Below are positions 13,101 to 27,731 of a stretch of DNA of 64,000 nucleotides, piece after piece. A program made the translations under genes and the position numbers. Each line of letters starts with the position of its first letter. Position 1 is the first letter of the stretch. This stretch comes from Trichinella spiralis (Eukaryota), in the NCBI RefSeq assembly GCF_000181795.1, contig NW_003526943.1, forward strand, positions 746,487-810,486, given 5' to 3'. The notes beneath the pieces are model-generated. The model worked only from the letters and a program-made list of their open reading frames with translations, ran no database searches and had not been told where the DNA came from.

Positions 13101-14671
13101 TATTTGGTATAGTTTTTCAATTGATTTTGCTTTAAGAGCAAAATGAACACTTTTGCACCGATACATTGAATTGCATGTTAAGTAAAGCATCGGCACATAC
13201 TTTTGACGATTCTTCTTTTGTTCTGAACAAGCAAAATTTAATCTACATTAATTTTAACACTTTATTTGGGATGGATTGGCTGCGTTTCACCATTGATGGA
13301 AACTATCCAACAATAATTTTTTTCCATTGTCAAACTCATATTTATGTAAATTTCCAATAATATTTTTTGTAATACAAAAAAGTTTATGTAATTTTTCGAC
13401 TATTTATATATTGCCTTTAATATTATGTTCTATTCCATTTGTATACATTCGGTAGGTTTTATGTTCAATAAAATGATAATGTTTCAGGTTGGTTGTGGTG
13501 TTGGCAATGCTGTTTTTCCTTTACTGCAAGCAACAGAGTGAGTTCAACGTTTCAAATTTTTCGTATACTTTTAGTATTAATAGTAACACTACCTGCAAAT
13601 CAGTACTTCATATTTCATTTGATCTTTTCATCACTGATTTTCTTTTTATTCTTAATTTATGATTTAATTTTTAAAAATATAAATGGAAAACTCACCCTTC
13701 CTTTACCTATACAATAATATATTTAAAAGAAAAAAAAAGAATTTATTAATGATTGGAATATTATTAAAGTACTTATAATTTTAATTTAAGACATTTTGAA
13801 TAAATACTTTTGTAATTTAAACAATCTTTTACAGTAAAAATAATTTTTTTAATATGATGAAATGATGTTGTAATTTTAGCAAATCATCTTTATTCATTTA
13901 CGCGTGTGATTTTTCACAAGTGGCAATTGACTTGTTGAAGGTAAATGTGTTGAAATGGAATAATGATGTAAAAATAGAATAACATCAATTCTTTAGGAAA
14001 AGAGAATTTACGATGAAGAACGTTGCAACGCATTTGTTTGGGATATATGTGATGAGAAATTTCAGCCACCATTTGAAGAAAGATCTCTTGATTGCATTAT
14101 GCTCATCTTTGTATTGTCATCTTTGAATCCTCTAAAGTAATAATAGCACTGGCATATATTGTTTGTTTGCTGTATATATATATATATTGCACATTTTGTT
14201 TGTTTTGTTTTACTCAGATTTAAAAAAGCGCTTCAGAATTTGATAATTTACTTGAAACCTGGAGGGCAGTTGCTTTTCCGCGATTATGGATTATACGATA
14301 TGGCACAGCTGCGTTTTAAAAACGGTTATAAATGTCGTCTATTGAACATTTTCTTAAGCTTTAAATTCATTAAACATTCATATTGCTTCTTTTAGGCCAG
14401 TGCATAAGTGATAATTTTTATGTTCGCCGAGATGGAACTAGAGTTTATTTTTTCACTTGTGGTAAGCTTATTAATTTTTCTGTTGTTGTTGTTGTTGAAT
14501 TTCTTTATTTTTTCTTTTTCTTATTGATTAGATGAAGTTGATTGTTTATTTAAAAGTGTCGGTTTGCAAAAGGACGAGATGCACATTGACAGACGTCTTC
14601 AAGTGAATCGATTCAAGCAGTTGAAAATGTATCGTGTTTGGATCCAATGTATCTACACAAAGCCAACATGA
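10160..14671 (+). CDS. METTL2: tRNA m3C methyltransferase METTL2 (Trm140 family), about 9 exons
   Basis: Spliced translation gives RPKFGTRYL...[13 protein letters not shown]..., [25 protein letters not shown] (SAM motif I, split by the 11229-13487 intron), [49 protein letters not shown] and DRRLQVNR...MYRVWIQ. Stop at 14669-14671. Confidence 0.93.
12387..12780. other. Low-quality sequence with scattered N bases
   Basis: More than ten isolated n calls inside METTL2 intron 3. Confidence 0.95.
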
Positions 14672-16641
14672 ATTTTATTGAAAAAATTTTCCTCTTCAAA
14701 TGTTTCTACTAAATGAGCACTGCATTATTATATTGGCAGAGCAGAATTAAATTTCAATTTTACACGACTATCCCATTCATAGTAAAAGTGTGCGTTCCAA
14801 TTGTATAAATCCATAAATTTGTATATTTAAATTATTAAGAATTAATGCAAATATTATATTTCAGCTATTGATAACTCGAATTAAAAGTATTATGATTATT
14901 TATTTAAATCGAATCAATTTAGCATAATCCACTGCTAAGAAAAGTCGACTGTTGTTTATTTTTGTTTGATAGCAATAATGTTAGAAATCATTTGATGATG
15001 TATATTAATGCAAATTAAAATTTTATGGTAAATCAATTTCAATCATCGCATTATATCATTGAAAAAGTTTTTTTTCAAAATTCATCTGTTTCAGGAAATA
15101 AAAAACAAAGAAAGGCAACAGTTTGTCTAGAAAATATAATTTCTGAATAGCAAAAAAAAGAAGAGTTTCCAAATAACACCGTAATTGCATTTAATTCAAC
15201 TATAATGTTCAATGAATAATTAATTATGTGAAAAAGCTATTTCGAATTAAATTAAAATATTAAAAATCAGATGCGTTTTAAATTTTTTCAGGAGAAAATC
15301 ATTTTTGTAAATTTTGATTCTGCTTTGCAACTGCTTGCAGTTATTTGTATAATATGCGTGGGATTTTATATTACATCCTTGTATATTAGAACAACACAAA
15401 GCGAGTTTAAAAACATGTTCAAAAAAATTCTGAAAAATATCACATTACTTTTATTCATGTTACTTGGTTGTATTAATAAAAAGAATAAGAATTAAATTCA
15501 TGTACCTATTTCTTTTTTTCGCAATAAGTAATTTCGAAAAAAAGATTTTATATATGCAATTAGTTGCAATGCATTTTAATGTTTACGACCCTGGGGCATT
15601 TTGGCGAGCATTTCTGCAAAATATTTGTTTAATATTCTTCAGAAATGTAAAAATAGAAAAGAATGAAAATAAACTGAAATGAAACTGCATTTTGGAATGA
15701 TTAAAGTATTTTTTTATCAAAAATAAGCAGCTGTCAAAAGAATGCTTTTCTGATGAAAAAAGTTAAACTTGAAATTTGAATTCGATGTGATGAGAGAAGA
15801 ATGTGAAAATAATTGTTTTTAAAACCTATAAAGCACAGGAAATGATAATTTGATAACTGTTATTTTGAAACTGGACATTTTTACTGCAGCAAAACATAAA
15901 AAACCATGATGTGAAATGTTAAAAAGTAACGGAAATCATCGGATGAATTCGTGAAAGTCAATATGACTAGCAGTGATCATCTAGTTGTTATAACTGATTT
16001 TAATTATTAAAATGTAAAATCTTTCTTTGCAGAACGCATAAAATTAATTTTAAGAACGCAAAAGTAAACATGAAAAGTGAAATAAATTTGTGTATTTTAA
16101 ATATTTTAAAGAAAATATTTATGGTATTTTGTGCAACTTTGAAATGTAAAGCGTGATTATTGTTCCAACTTGTGTATTTTGATTAAATGCTTAAAAAATA
16201 GTAAGGTATAAAATATTTTTTAATAAATAAAAATCAAAAATATATTTTGAAAATTACAAGCTTTGAATAAAAGGGAAATTTTTGAAATAATTTCCCCTCA
16301 ATATGCATATATACTTGAATATCATAAAATACGGTATAAATTTTCTAATTGACGTTTTAATAGTAAGTTTATCATTAGTTGGTTTACTGTATAGAAACTT
16401 GCTTTCTCTTGCAACTAACTGGTTTACTCTATGCGTGGCCGCTGCGGAACGCTAACGTTCAGTGTGAATCATTCATTACCGATCGTCACAGGATGATAAT
16501 AGAATTGTTTGTTTTGTTAACCGACATATTGCGTTATAACTAGCTTGCTTGCTTGCTCGTTCGTTTGTGCTTAAATCGGTGTTTTCTTCTTGTCTGCTAA
16601 ATTCTTGAGCACAATTTCCGCTCATTTTATACATTGTAATT

Positions 16642-19600
16642 ATGGCGCTAATTGATTCCACCATGCCGAGCTGTGACGAAGTCGAAAGACTTTTTGAGCT
16701 TGTACTAGTAAGTATATTTTTTTAACTTTAGCAAAAAAAAATTTTTTGCGAATAATTATGAAATTATGTTTAATAAATTTCTATTGTCAAATTGATCTGC
16801 AAATCGTTTGAAAATTTGCCAATGCAATAATTGCATCATCAAATTTCATTTCATTATCTTTTGCATCTTTATGCGTTGTTGTATCAGGGTTAATAACTGT
16901 CTTCTGGCTGTATTGTCATTTTTGTACATCCTAATCAAGGACCCTGTCATCCGGTGATCATGTTTCGGCTTCTTTAACATTTCTTATCTGATGATGATGA
17001 TGATCATGACGTGGCAACTCCCACTATAATTTTTCATCCACTTACACAGTTTCATATTATTGTGCATTCATGTTTGCTATTATTTTTATTGTTTTAATTT
17101 GTAATTTTCTTTTGCAAAAATGGGTTGGTTGATATTTTATTTACTGCGTTTTATTGTGTGAATTTCAGGATTGATGTATGCTAAATTTATTGATTTCTTT
17201 GCATACAGAGAAGTCTTTCAAAATTGCCCAATTTCATTTTCCCATCAATGATTTTAATGTAACGAAGCTGTTTTCATATTAAGCATAGTTTTAATAATTG
17301 TTGAAACAAGTTAGTTTTCTTATTTTTTTAATGACAACTCTTATCACCATTGTTTGATGAAATTTGAGCTTTGCAAAACAGCAGTTGCTGTTGCAGTTTC
17401 AGTAGCTTCTGTTTAGTATGCATCAGGACCGTTGGTGAGATTAATAATACAGCTTCCTGTCACTAATTTGGTTCATTATTTTTTGAATAAATGCTATATC
17501 AGTAGTGCAGCTGTTCGTTAACAGATTTTCTGTTCTTCTCACAGAGGGAGAGGGAGGAGTTTGTATCTTATTTCCTTTAAAATGAGTTTTCATTCTTGTC
17601 CTTCTTCTATTATTACCACCGTTGTTGGTGTAAAGGAAGAAACTTTCTCGTACACCTTTTCTCAATTCAACCTTGGCCTCAGATGGACAATTTTTATTTT
17701 ATAATTTTTTTAAATAACTTTTTTTATTCTGATAAAACAACTGACACTGAAAACAAATCATGCACAAGAAATAAATATTAAAATTTTCACTCGTGAACTT
17801 GTAAATATCTGTTTTTTCCGATTCATTATTCAGTTTTTAGAAAGGGCGGACATTCATCAACTATTTTGCAAATGACTGTGACACATGTTTTTTATGCATG
17901 CACATTTGTTAAGAAACATGTTTCTCTTGTGAATCATCTGCACTTTTATTATACATATATATTTCTTTTTTAATATTATTCGGAAGCTTTCTTTATGTTA
18001 ATGTATAAATTTTTTAATGCTTCTATTCATGGGAGGATTTTTCTTTTCATTTTTTCTTTTCCTTTCTTTCTGCTTAGCATTAAGTTTTACAAATTGATGC
18101 ATGTTCTGCATCATGATACATCTTTCTTTTCTTTTTCACTTATTATATATGTAAGCAGTTATTGGTAGCAGATATTTATAATTGAATATGGAGGATTGAA
18201 TTCTTTTTATTCTTCAGTGTTATTATCAGTGAATTAATTAGTTTTGACTTGAGGGTCTGCGTTCAGTGAAAAATTATGTTCACTTGACGTTTATCTACAC
18301 CCTGAGTTCGCCACATGCCTTTTGGCAAATTGAACTGAAACTGCTTGCTATATTTATCATATATACGCTCGCTCTCATGGCCTGAATTGATGAAACGAAA
18401 GTTGGAAAACTGCTTTTTCATAATCAGCTATATTCACATATACTGAAGAAGATAATTTTTTTCACTGGCAAAATTCAGTAGCTAGCAGTTTTCAAATAAT
18501 ACTTAATAGTACAAAAAAGAATTACAAAAACTATAAATTATTAAAATATACAGTCTGAAGTTGGAAGAAGTGTTGTTAGCAGGAAGGAAATTCTGATGCA
18601 GAGTAAAATTCAGTGCTTTTACTCAGTGGACTGACTGACTGGTTCCAGTGGCCGAATTGTTAGCATAGCATAGCTGGGGAATCAATGAGGTCGCAAGGCC
18701 GTCAGAGTTAGATTATGTTGACCAATGGTCATTCTTGCCATTTTTGATCATATGATATGAAAAATAATAATTGTTTTTTTTCTGTAAATTTGTTAAATTG
18801 TAAATATTGAAAATTTGCATTGTTGAAAAGGAAAAATAATTGTGAATTACTTTTTTTTTCTTAAATTGTTATTTGAAACGAATTATCGTAAACTGTGCGT
18901 GGTGTGCTTTTGACAGTTTTATTCGTGTGAAAATTATTTTGCAGTGCAAGCAAGATTTGTTTCAATTTTTCAGTACTTTTTTTTCAATTAATTGAATTTT
19001 CGGTCAGCAACTTTTTCATTAGCAGAAAAAAAGACAAAATGTTTTAAGAAAACATCTGTTGAGGAAATGAAAAATTTATTTTTTCCTTTTAATGACTCAT
19101 TCATCATAAATTACATTCTGTTTAAAATCAATTTAAGTTTTTATTCTTTATTTCTAATTTCAACTGATTTTTATATACGTTCAATTTAAAATATAAAAAT
19201 TTATTTTTCATTTGAAATCCGATCAAATGCAAAAAAAAGAAAAAATTAAATCTGATTTTGTGATGGGATGTTAGAACGAATGACTGAAGATGCTTGTCTT
19301 ATAATTGCTGATGTTCAGCAGTCAAATCATACACCATCAATGGCATATTTTTTTCCATTGGACTTCATTTGATTAGTAAAATAGAAAGTTATCCATATCT
19401 CTTTATCTGTGTGATTTCTCCTGAACTGTATTTTTTTCTTTTCTTTTCCGCATCCTTGATTATATTAAACATTTCACCTTCTGACGCTGCAGTGCTTTTA
19501 TTATTTGAAAAGAAAATAAAATTATCTTTTTCAATAATAATAACAAATGAATTATTAGCACTTTAAAATTTTATTTTTTTTTAATTTGAAGATTATGTTT

Positions 19601-22600
19601 AAAATTCTCAGTTTAAGGTGTCAGATGCTTTTATAACGTGCCTGCCCATCATTATTTGTTATTGGATGTAAATCATAATTGGTATAGGTTTCCTCTCTTT
19701 TCTTTTGTTCGTTTCCAGAATTTTTATGAATATACAAAAATGTTTTATCGAACTGAAATGTTGATCAATAAAATAATAATAATAATAATGCGATAATGTG
19801 ATCGTGATAATTCAAGTTGGAATGGATTGAAATTGATTCGCTTGCGCTGGTATGTTTCAGCAGCAAAATGGCGTTGCTGGAGTTGTGATTGATTATTGAT
19901 CGAAGTGTTGAAGCATTTTCATTATATTCATATCAAAAATATACATAAGCCGAATTTCATTTGTAGTACAGAATTTTTTTGAAATTTATCAGTAGTAGTA
20001 AATTGAAATTTAATTTCTACTTTTCCAAATTGACGATTTGCATTGAAGAAAAAACGTATTTTTAAAATTGTTTCTCCATGGATTTTATTAAAATTGAAGG
20101 AAAAAGAACTATGAATTATGGTAAAAAATTGGTTAAACAATTTCTGCTTGATTAATGAAAATGTCTATTTTCATCAAGGTCTCAATACATCAGTATATTA
20201 TTGATTCTTTATAAATTTTTTTTGTTTATAGTTATTTTTTAGTTTTAGTTTGCCTAAATGAACATTTCAAATGATTAAATTTCCATTCACCAGTTGATGG
20301 CTTGTCTTCCCTAATAAAAAAGCGTTGAAATGTTGATATTAAATTTTCAGTGATGCTTTTAAAGTTGAAAAAATTGCTAATTGGTATTCTAAAAATATAA
20401 AGTTATAATGAAAAATATGCATTTGAGATTTGTTTCATTGTTGAATAATTGTTATTGTTTGTATATTTTGGAATGATAATATAGAACTATAATATACTAA
20501 TATTTTATTTCAAATATCAGTATTTTGTTTTCATTAATTTTAAAGATCCTATCATTCAGTCTTGCAGTGAAGTGTTTCCTGGGGGATTGTATGTTTGAAA
20601 GTTGGAAAATTTTTCAGTTATTAAAATGCAAGCAGTGAATCGCTTTGAGAATTCACCAACAGACAGACTGTGTTTCTATTTATGAAATTTATCGTTAATG
20701 TTGACAATGATGATGCAGAAAATTTGCAATATTATATACACTTTACATTTTATTGCATTCAAATGAGCATTCTTTATAATACGACGGGCGACCATCGACT
20801 GAACTTGTTCACTTTGTGTTTGAAATTATCACCATTTGCTTTGTTACGTGGTATCTGATTTTGTCATTTTGCTAGCATTCATTGATTTTACAGTTGTTAT
20901 TAAATCAAAAAATTAAAATTTACATACAATTCGTTTTAATTTATTCCTATTATTTACCATCTACAAATTACATTTCTGTTTGAAATATATAATTGCTGAT
21001 TTTTATAGAAAATATTATATGCTGAATTGAAATTATCTCTGATTTGTTGTAAAATATTGGATTTTAATTTCACTCCAAATAAAATGCATCACTGATTGTA
21101 TTGCTTATTGAAGCCAGATTTACATCTAATAATGTTTACTAATAATGCAGTTTAAAAAGATAATAATAATAATAATAAATCTCTACTTTAGCTTTCTTCT
21201 TTTCACTTTGTTTTTTTAAATTAACGAAATACAATAAAAACAACTTAATTTATACCAAAAAAAACATTTAAATAAAGTTAATTTTTGAAATGATAATAAT
21301 AAATGGCTTACATAATTTTTTGATATATATTAATTTTATCAACCAGTGATGTACGTAAAAAGTTGAATAAATAAATTGAATGATCAGTGAACTAATTCTA
21401 TCAAGTCACAACAATCAATTTTTGACTTTTTAGAAAAAGATGGATTTACCTCCACAGAAAGCCAAGATTTTGCGTGGTTACGATTTCAGCAAAAAATGGG
21501 AATTAGTTTGTGATCAGGTATATCATAAATATATATTTTTTTATTTTATTTGATTTTTGGTTTTGATATTTTATTAGGAAAAATTTATCGAACAAGGTTC
21601 TCCGAAATTGTATCTGGACAAGCTTCGCAGTTATTTAGATCCAAAGGGATCTAAAAAGGTTAAACTGTTTTATTATTATTTTTCTGCTAACTAATTAATT
21701 TTTAGAAGAAAAAATCGACTCCGGATGACAGATCTACAGTGGTGCTGCGACATTTGGAAATTTCACTTCGTACAAACAGCATTGAGTATGGTGTTGTTGA
21801 TTCACTTATTTTGTTTAATTATGGAAGAATTATGCAAATGAGGCTTCAATTGAAAATACGTTATAGTCAGTCTATATAATTGATAATATAATCTACTTCT
21901 AAGCGAATTGACATCATATTCTTTATATTGATGAATCTGAATAGAAAATGAATTTGTTTTTTTTTTAATTTTTGAAAAAAAAATCTAATGATAGGCATTA
22001 CATATAATTGACCGAAGTTGATTGAAATTCACGTTTTTAATTACAAAATTTTGCTAGGTTAAAACTTTCGTATTCTTTGACAATGACAGATTGGAACAAA
22101 AATCTAAGCTAAACAACAATCATCAGTTATTTAATTCGTTTTATTTTGTGATACAATGAAACGTTTAAAAAAATTGAAAATTTTTTGCACATTTCTTTTT
22201 TTAATAATTATTCTTCGACGTTACGTTGTTAATGAGAATCTCGTTTATTTTGTTTTATTTTATTTTATTTCAATGAAGATGAAGTGAAATTATCATTTAA
22301 AGAAAATAAAACAGTTCTTTTAATTTAATGTTTTAATGTTTAATTTTCTGTTTTAGTTGGGTGCGCGAATTTCTCAATGATGAAAATAAAGGTTTGGAGA
22401 CACTTGTGAGATATCTCCAATATATACAAGATACCAGGGGGTTTCAGTAAGATTTTACAATTTCAAACATTTGGTGAACACAGACTGATGCACAATAATT
22501 TTGTCTTTGCTTTATTTAGACCATTATCCGATCGTTCTTCTCTATCTGATTCTTTGCCAGGCTCATCTACGCCAAAATCCGGTGATAGTTTAAAACGGTT

Positions 22601-25600
22601 TCGAAGTACTCCTACCAGCCGAAATCTTCTCGGTGATCCTGAAGATGACATTCACATTTGCATACAGTGTCTTCGAGCTATTATGAATAATACTGTAAAT
22701 GAATACTTTTTCCATATTGAATTTGCTAGTGCTAATCAATTATTGTGAAACATATTTTTATTCCAGCATGGTTTGAATGTCGTCTTCAACGACAGCGAAG
22801 CTATATATTGTTTGGTTAAAAGCATCCTGCATCCAAGCCTGAGGTAGCTTAGTCGTTTTTCTTCAATAGTATTTTTAAATTTTACAATATTTACTGCTGT
22901 TTAGAACAAAGGCGTTAGTTTTGATTCTTCTAGCCGCAATATGTTTAGTCAACGGTGGTCATGCACTAATTACTCGGGCTTTTGATCGTTTCAGAAGAGT
23001 AACACTTCAAAATTGTCATAGCTGTTTGTTTGCAGTTACTAATTTTCAATAATTATTTTTAGGAATTCAATGAAGAACGACGATTTCAAACCTTGTTTTC
23101 ATACTTTAAAGATTATGAACATTTTCATGTAGATTTTATGGTAAGCATCATTTTAAAGTTATGTTTAATTAATTTTTTTTAAAATATATGTAAGTTGTTG
23201 TGTAGAGGATGATATTAATGAGTGTTTTTTTAGGTTGCATGTATGCAGTTTATTAATATAATAGTGAATTCTGTGGAAAATATGAATTATCGCGTTTTCT
23301 TACAAGAAGAATTTCGTATGCTAGGTTTCAATGATTATCTTGAGGTGGGTAGATATTTTTTTATTTGTCATGAATGTTTTTACACATACTAGTTGTTGTT
23401 TTAGAAGCTGAAACTTACTGAATGTGAAGGTTTGTTGGTACAAATTAATGCATATTGTGAAAATATATACAACGTTGATCAGTTGTTGGAAGACAGCGAA
23501 CAAAAAATACAGCTCTTGCAAAGAGTAGAAGAAATTGAAACTGAACTTTCATGCGTAATTTATTTATACATTTATTTATTCGTTTACTGAATGATCGAAT
23601 TAAATATTATCTTTTTACTGTACTCGATTTACTGTTTATTTTTTAAGGCACATGATAAAAACGTGGAATTAGAAGTCGAATACGCGGCACGCTTGAAGGT
23701 TCTAGATTGCAGACTTTCAGAAGTTATAGAAGAGAGGGATCATTTTATGGTATATTTATTGTTTTTTCTTTTGGTGCACTTTTATTTGACATTTTATTAT
23801 TTATTAGAATTTGCATAAAAAATCTGACAGTGAATTGACGACACTGCGGAAAACGCTTAATGAAAAAGAACAAGAAGTGCAGAAGCAAGCAGTAAAATTA
23901 GAAGATGCTATGAAAGAGCTTACTTTATTGCATAAGAGCAAAACAAGTCGACCGCCATCGATTGTAGCAAATGATATCTCGACACAAGGTGATACTGTTG
24001 ATTTAGCTGTGGATACATCTGCAAAGGCTTTATCACCTCCTCCCCCACCACCTCCTCCTCCTCCTCCTCCACCGCCAATGAATCGTACAGCTTCTCCTGC
24101 TGTTTTAAGTAAGTTGTTTTAATTTTCAATTTTACTTTTTATTTTATACGTACTGTACCTTATAGTACCTCCTCCTCCTCCACCTCCACTAGCGGCAAAT
24201 GGATTTCCTTCTTTTTCACCGAATAATCCTTCATTGCCAACGCCCAACACTGGAAGTGAGTTTGTTGAGTAATCTTTTTTTAATTGTTCATACATCACTG
24301 TGAATTATCCATTAAGACATGACGATAAAGAGGCGAATACAAACTAAATACAAGCTGCCTACATTAAATTGGGTAGCTTTGAGGCCGAATCAAGTGAAAG
24401 GAACAGTTTTCAGTGAACTTGATGATGAAATAGTCTCCAGCGTATGTTTTACACAAATTTGCGATACTATTGAACACATATAGTGGTGATGTTTTGCAGA
24501 AAATCGATTTTGACGCTTTCGAAGAGCTGTTCAAACTCGGTCCAGGTCTGATGAAAGACGAAAGTGTTTCAAATAACAAATTAAATGTTAGTAATGGTGG
24601 AACTCCGCAAACAACTGCAACGATAAAGAAGAAATCACTTTTGGATACAAAACGGTTGCAAAATTTGGGTAAATGACAGTTTATCATGTTGAATGAGTAT
24701 TGTTGTTGTGCGCACATATATTTTGACGCATGTTTTACACATTTTTGTTGCACATCTATGGTAAATTATAGATTAATAATAATAAAAAATATCTCGTAAA
24801 GTTATCCACAATGTGTCATCATTGTTGAAGTTATTTCAAGTTGCTCGAAGTGGTTGGTGCATGAGAATTGTCATAATGTTTAGTAATTGCAATAAAACAA
24901 AAAGAGAATTTAAAAAGTCATTGAATAAAAGCAATAAAATTATTGAATGTCTGAGAATATGAATTCGTAATTTTTGACTTATGATATAGATTTTTTAGAA
25001 TTTTCTTTAAAACTGACAAGCATGCATATGTAGACTTGCACAGCATGGAACCTCTTGTTTTTAATTTTTTTCTTTTATGAAAGAATTTTTATTGAGCTTT
25101 CAATGATGTGCCGTAAGAAATAGAATGAAATGAAGTTCTATTTGTTCTTTATCGATGCAGTGAATTTTATTGCAGGTATAACAAAAAGAAAATTGGCAAT
25201 GGAACCTGCTGCGATAATGAAAGCTTTGAATAGTTTTGATCTTAGCGCACTTTCTGCGGAAAAAGTGGAAATTCTGCTGAGAATAATACCTACAGCAGAA
25301 GAGGTGAAAAGCAATTTTTTATTTATTTGGAATGAAAATTTTCCTTTACTTATTTAATTTTTTAAGATCAAATCTTACAAAGAATATGAACAGTCCAAGC
25401 AACCCATGGACATGCTTTGTGAGGAAGATATTTTCATGATTGGGGTGAGTAATATTACATATGTATATATATATAGTATAGCAGTGAATTGTGTTTTTGT
25501 TTAGTTGTCACGAATTGAACGATTGTCTCAGAAATTGCAAATTATGAGTTTTATGGGTAATTTTTCCGATTCGGTGAGCACAATTCTTCCCGTTTTGGAT

Positions 25601-27224
25601 AGTGTTATCGCAGCAGCGGAATCTCTGCGAAATGCGAAAAAACTGTGGAAAGTTTTGGAAATTATTCTTGCCTTTGGAAACTATATGAACAGTTCGAAGA
25701 AAGGCGGGATTTATGGATTCAGAGTACAATCTTTGGAAACAGTATGACGAATGATGCATCATAATTTGAATTCACCTTGTTATTATTATTATTTAAATGA
25801 TCATTTTACAGTTACCATTTCTGAAATCACCTCACAACAAGTCGATTAGTTTATTGCACATACTGTCAGAGACTATAAGAAATAAATTTCCAGAATTGCT
25901 CAGCTTTCCCCAAGAACTCGAAGCTGTGGAAAAAGTTTCTTCAGGTTTTGAAATTATTGTCTTTTTTTAATTATGTAAAAGTAACTTTTTAAATAATATT
26001 TTTTAGTTTCATTGGAATCTGTTCTTGGTGATGTGAATGAATTAGAAAAAGGATACGAGTTGGTTAAAAAAGAATGCACTTTGCGTGGAGAATCTGTAAC
26101 AGCTTTGACGAATTTTAAAGCTCTGATTGAACAAGAAATGCTTCAGTTGCGCACTAGCGCCAAAAAGGCAACCGTAAGCGTTCAGTTTTAGCTCTTTCAA
26201 AAATTAAATTATACGGATCTGGAATGGTTAAATTTAATTTTGTTCACTTTATTTTTCCCTTAGGAATCATTCAGAGATTGCGTAGAATTTTACGGAGAAA
26301 GTGTACAGAGCACAATACCAAATACATTTTTTGGTTATTTTTCAAATTTTATAAGAAATTGGAAGGTGCGAATGTTTTTTGTTAGTTGCTAGTTCAATTT
26401 ACAACAATTCTATTTAAATCTTAGCAAGCAGACGGTGAAAATCTTGCCAAGTGGAAAGCAGAGGTAATTTTGGCATTATAATTGACGTTTGTTTTCAATT
26501 TTTTGAACCACTTTTGGTTGTTTCGTTTCCAGGAGAGGAAAAGGGCGTTGGCGATCAACGGTTCTAATTCCGGTGATGCGAAGACGAAATTGCTGCCTGC
26601 TGAATCGCAAAGCAAAAGTTTGGTCAATTCGCGTAAAGATTCGTCATGGAAAAGAGATCCAGAAGAAATGGGCATGGGCATCCTTGACGATATTATTTTG
26701 GGTATGTTTCCCGAAGTCAGTCAGTTGTTTGTCAAAAGGAACCGTGGCTGTTTGTCTTCTTTGTCTCTTGATGTGCATTGTAACTGAAAAAAAAATTTTT
26801 TTCTTTGCTTTAGTTAAAAAATGATCTTGAAGTGTTTTTTCTTCTTTTTACAATTCCACCTATGCAAATTATTATAATTTATGAAAATTGTTGTTTTATT
26901 TGCAGTTCGACGTAAGAAGAGTTTGTGAAAATGGAAAAAACAATTTTTCAGAAACAGATAAAAATTTGAAAAGTTTTAGTAGTAATAATTCACAACAGTT
27001 AAGAATGATATACAAATGTATGCGTTGAACATTATTTAACTGCATATATATATGGCAATTTTTGAGCTTTCTCTTTTTTTTTCAAATAGTCTGCATTTGC
27101 ATATATTTTATTTGTAGATATTACACGAGAGCCGTACAGAGATACGCCCGCGAAGAGAACGAAAAATTGCAAATCTGCTGAAATATCAGAAGTGAATCGC
27201 AATCGACTTTCAATGGGTAGATGA
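16642..27224 (+). CDS. FMNL: Formin-like protein (FMNL/FRL subfamily): GBD/FH3, FH1, FH2, DAD
   Basis: Exon 1 (16642-16707, [15 protein letters not shown]) joins across a 4.7-kb intron to [28 protein letters not shown]. Also [16 protein letters not shown], a poly-Pro FH1 at ~24.0-24.2 kb, [21 protein letters not shown] and [11 protein letters not shown]...EPYR. Start codon and terminal exon are less certain. Confidence 0.92.
18585..18750 (+). ncRNA. Candidate structured ncRNA (multi-branch fold) in formin intron 1
   Basis: Closing stem AATTCTGAT(18589-97)/GTCAGAGTT(18701-09), hairpin GAGTAAAA/TTTTACTC, arm TGGTTCC/GGAATCA, GGTC-GCAA-GGCC GNRA hairpin and a downstream ATTTTTG Sm-like site. 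Folded by eye only. Confidence 0.3.
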
Positions 27225-27731
27225 AACAGAATTTTTTTTCCCTTTTTAATTCAGTATGGTAAGCGCGCGGTATTGAATCGTCAAATTTTGTTCTCATTCG
27301 CACGTTATTATTTTTAATTCTTTTTCTCCCTTCCCCTTCTCATGTTATTGCATATTATTTTCTACTCTCTTACTTCCCCTTTCTTCATTCATGTCTTCTC
27401 ACGTTCAACTCAGTGATATTTGTAAATTTGTCTTGCTTACCAAAGGTGTTGTTAAACAGAAAAAAATTTGTTTTTTGCTTATGCTTTTATTATATTGTTT
27501 CTCGCCACTGATCAACTGTTCTCTTGTGTTTCTTCTTCTTCTTCTTCTCTTGTGGTTGCGTCATTTTGTGCCTTAAAAGCTGTTGTTAATCAGTTGCTTG
27601 CTTGCTTGCTTGTATATTTAATGGAGAAAAAAAATTTTTTTTTAATTTCCTGGCTTTTCTAGCAACTTGAACGATCAATTTTTACTGATTTCTTTGCGTC
27701 TGTCTGTTTTGTGTTAAAAAATTTTTTTTTT

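Noticed and set aside
15271..20858. Many 60-75 aa F/I/L/K-rich ORFs
   Set aside because: Expected by chance in AT-rich intergenic and intronic DNA. No homology is recognisable.
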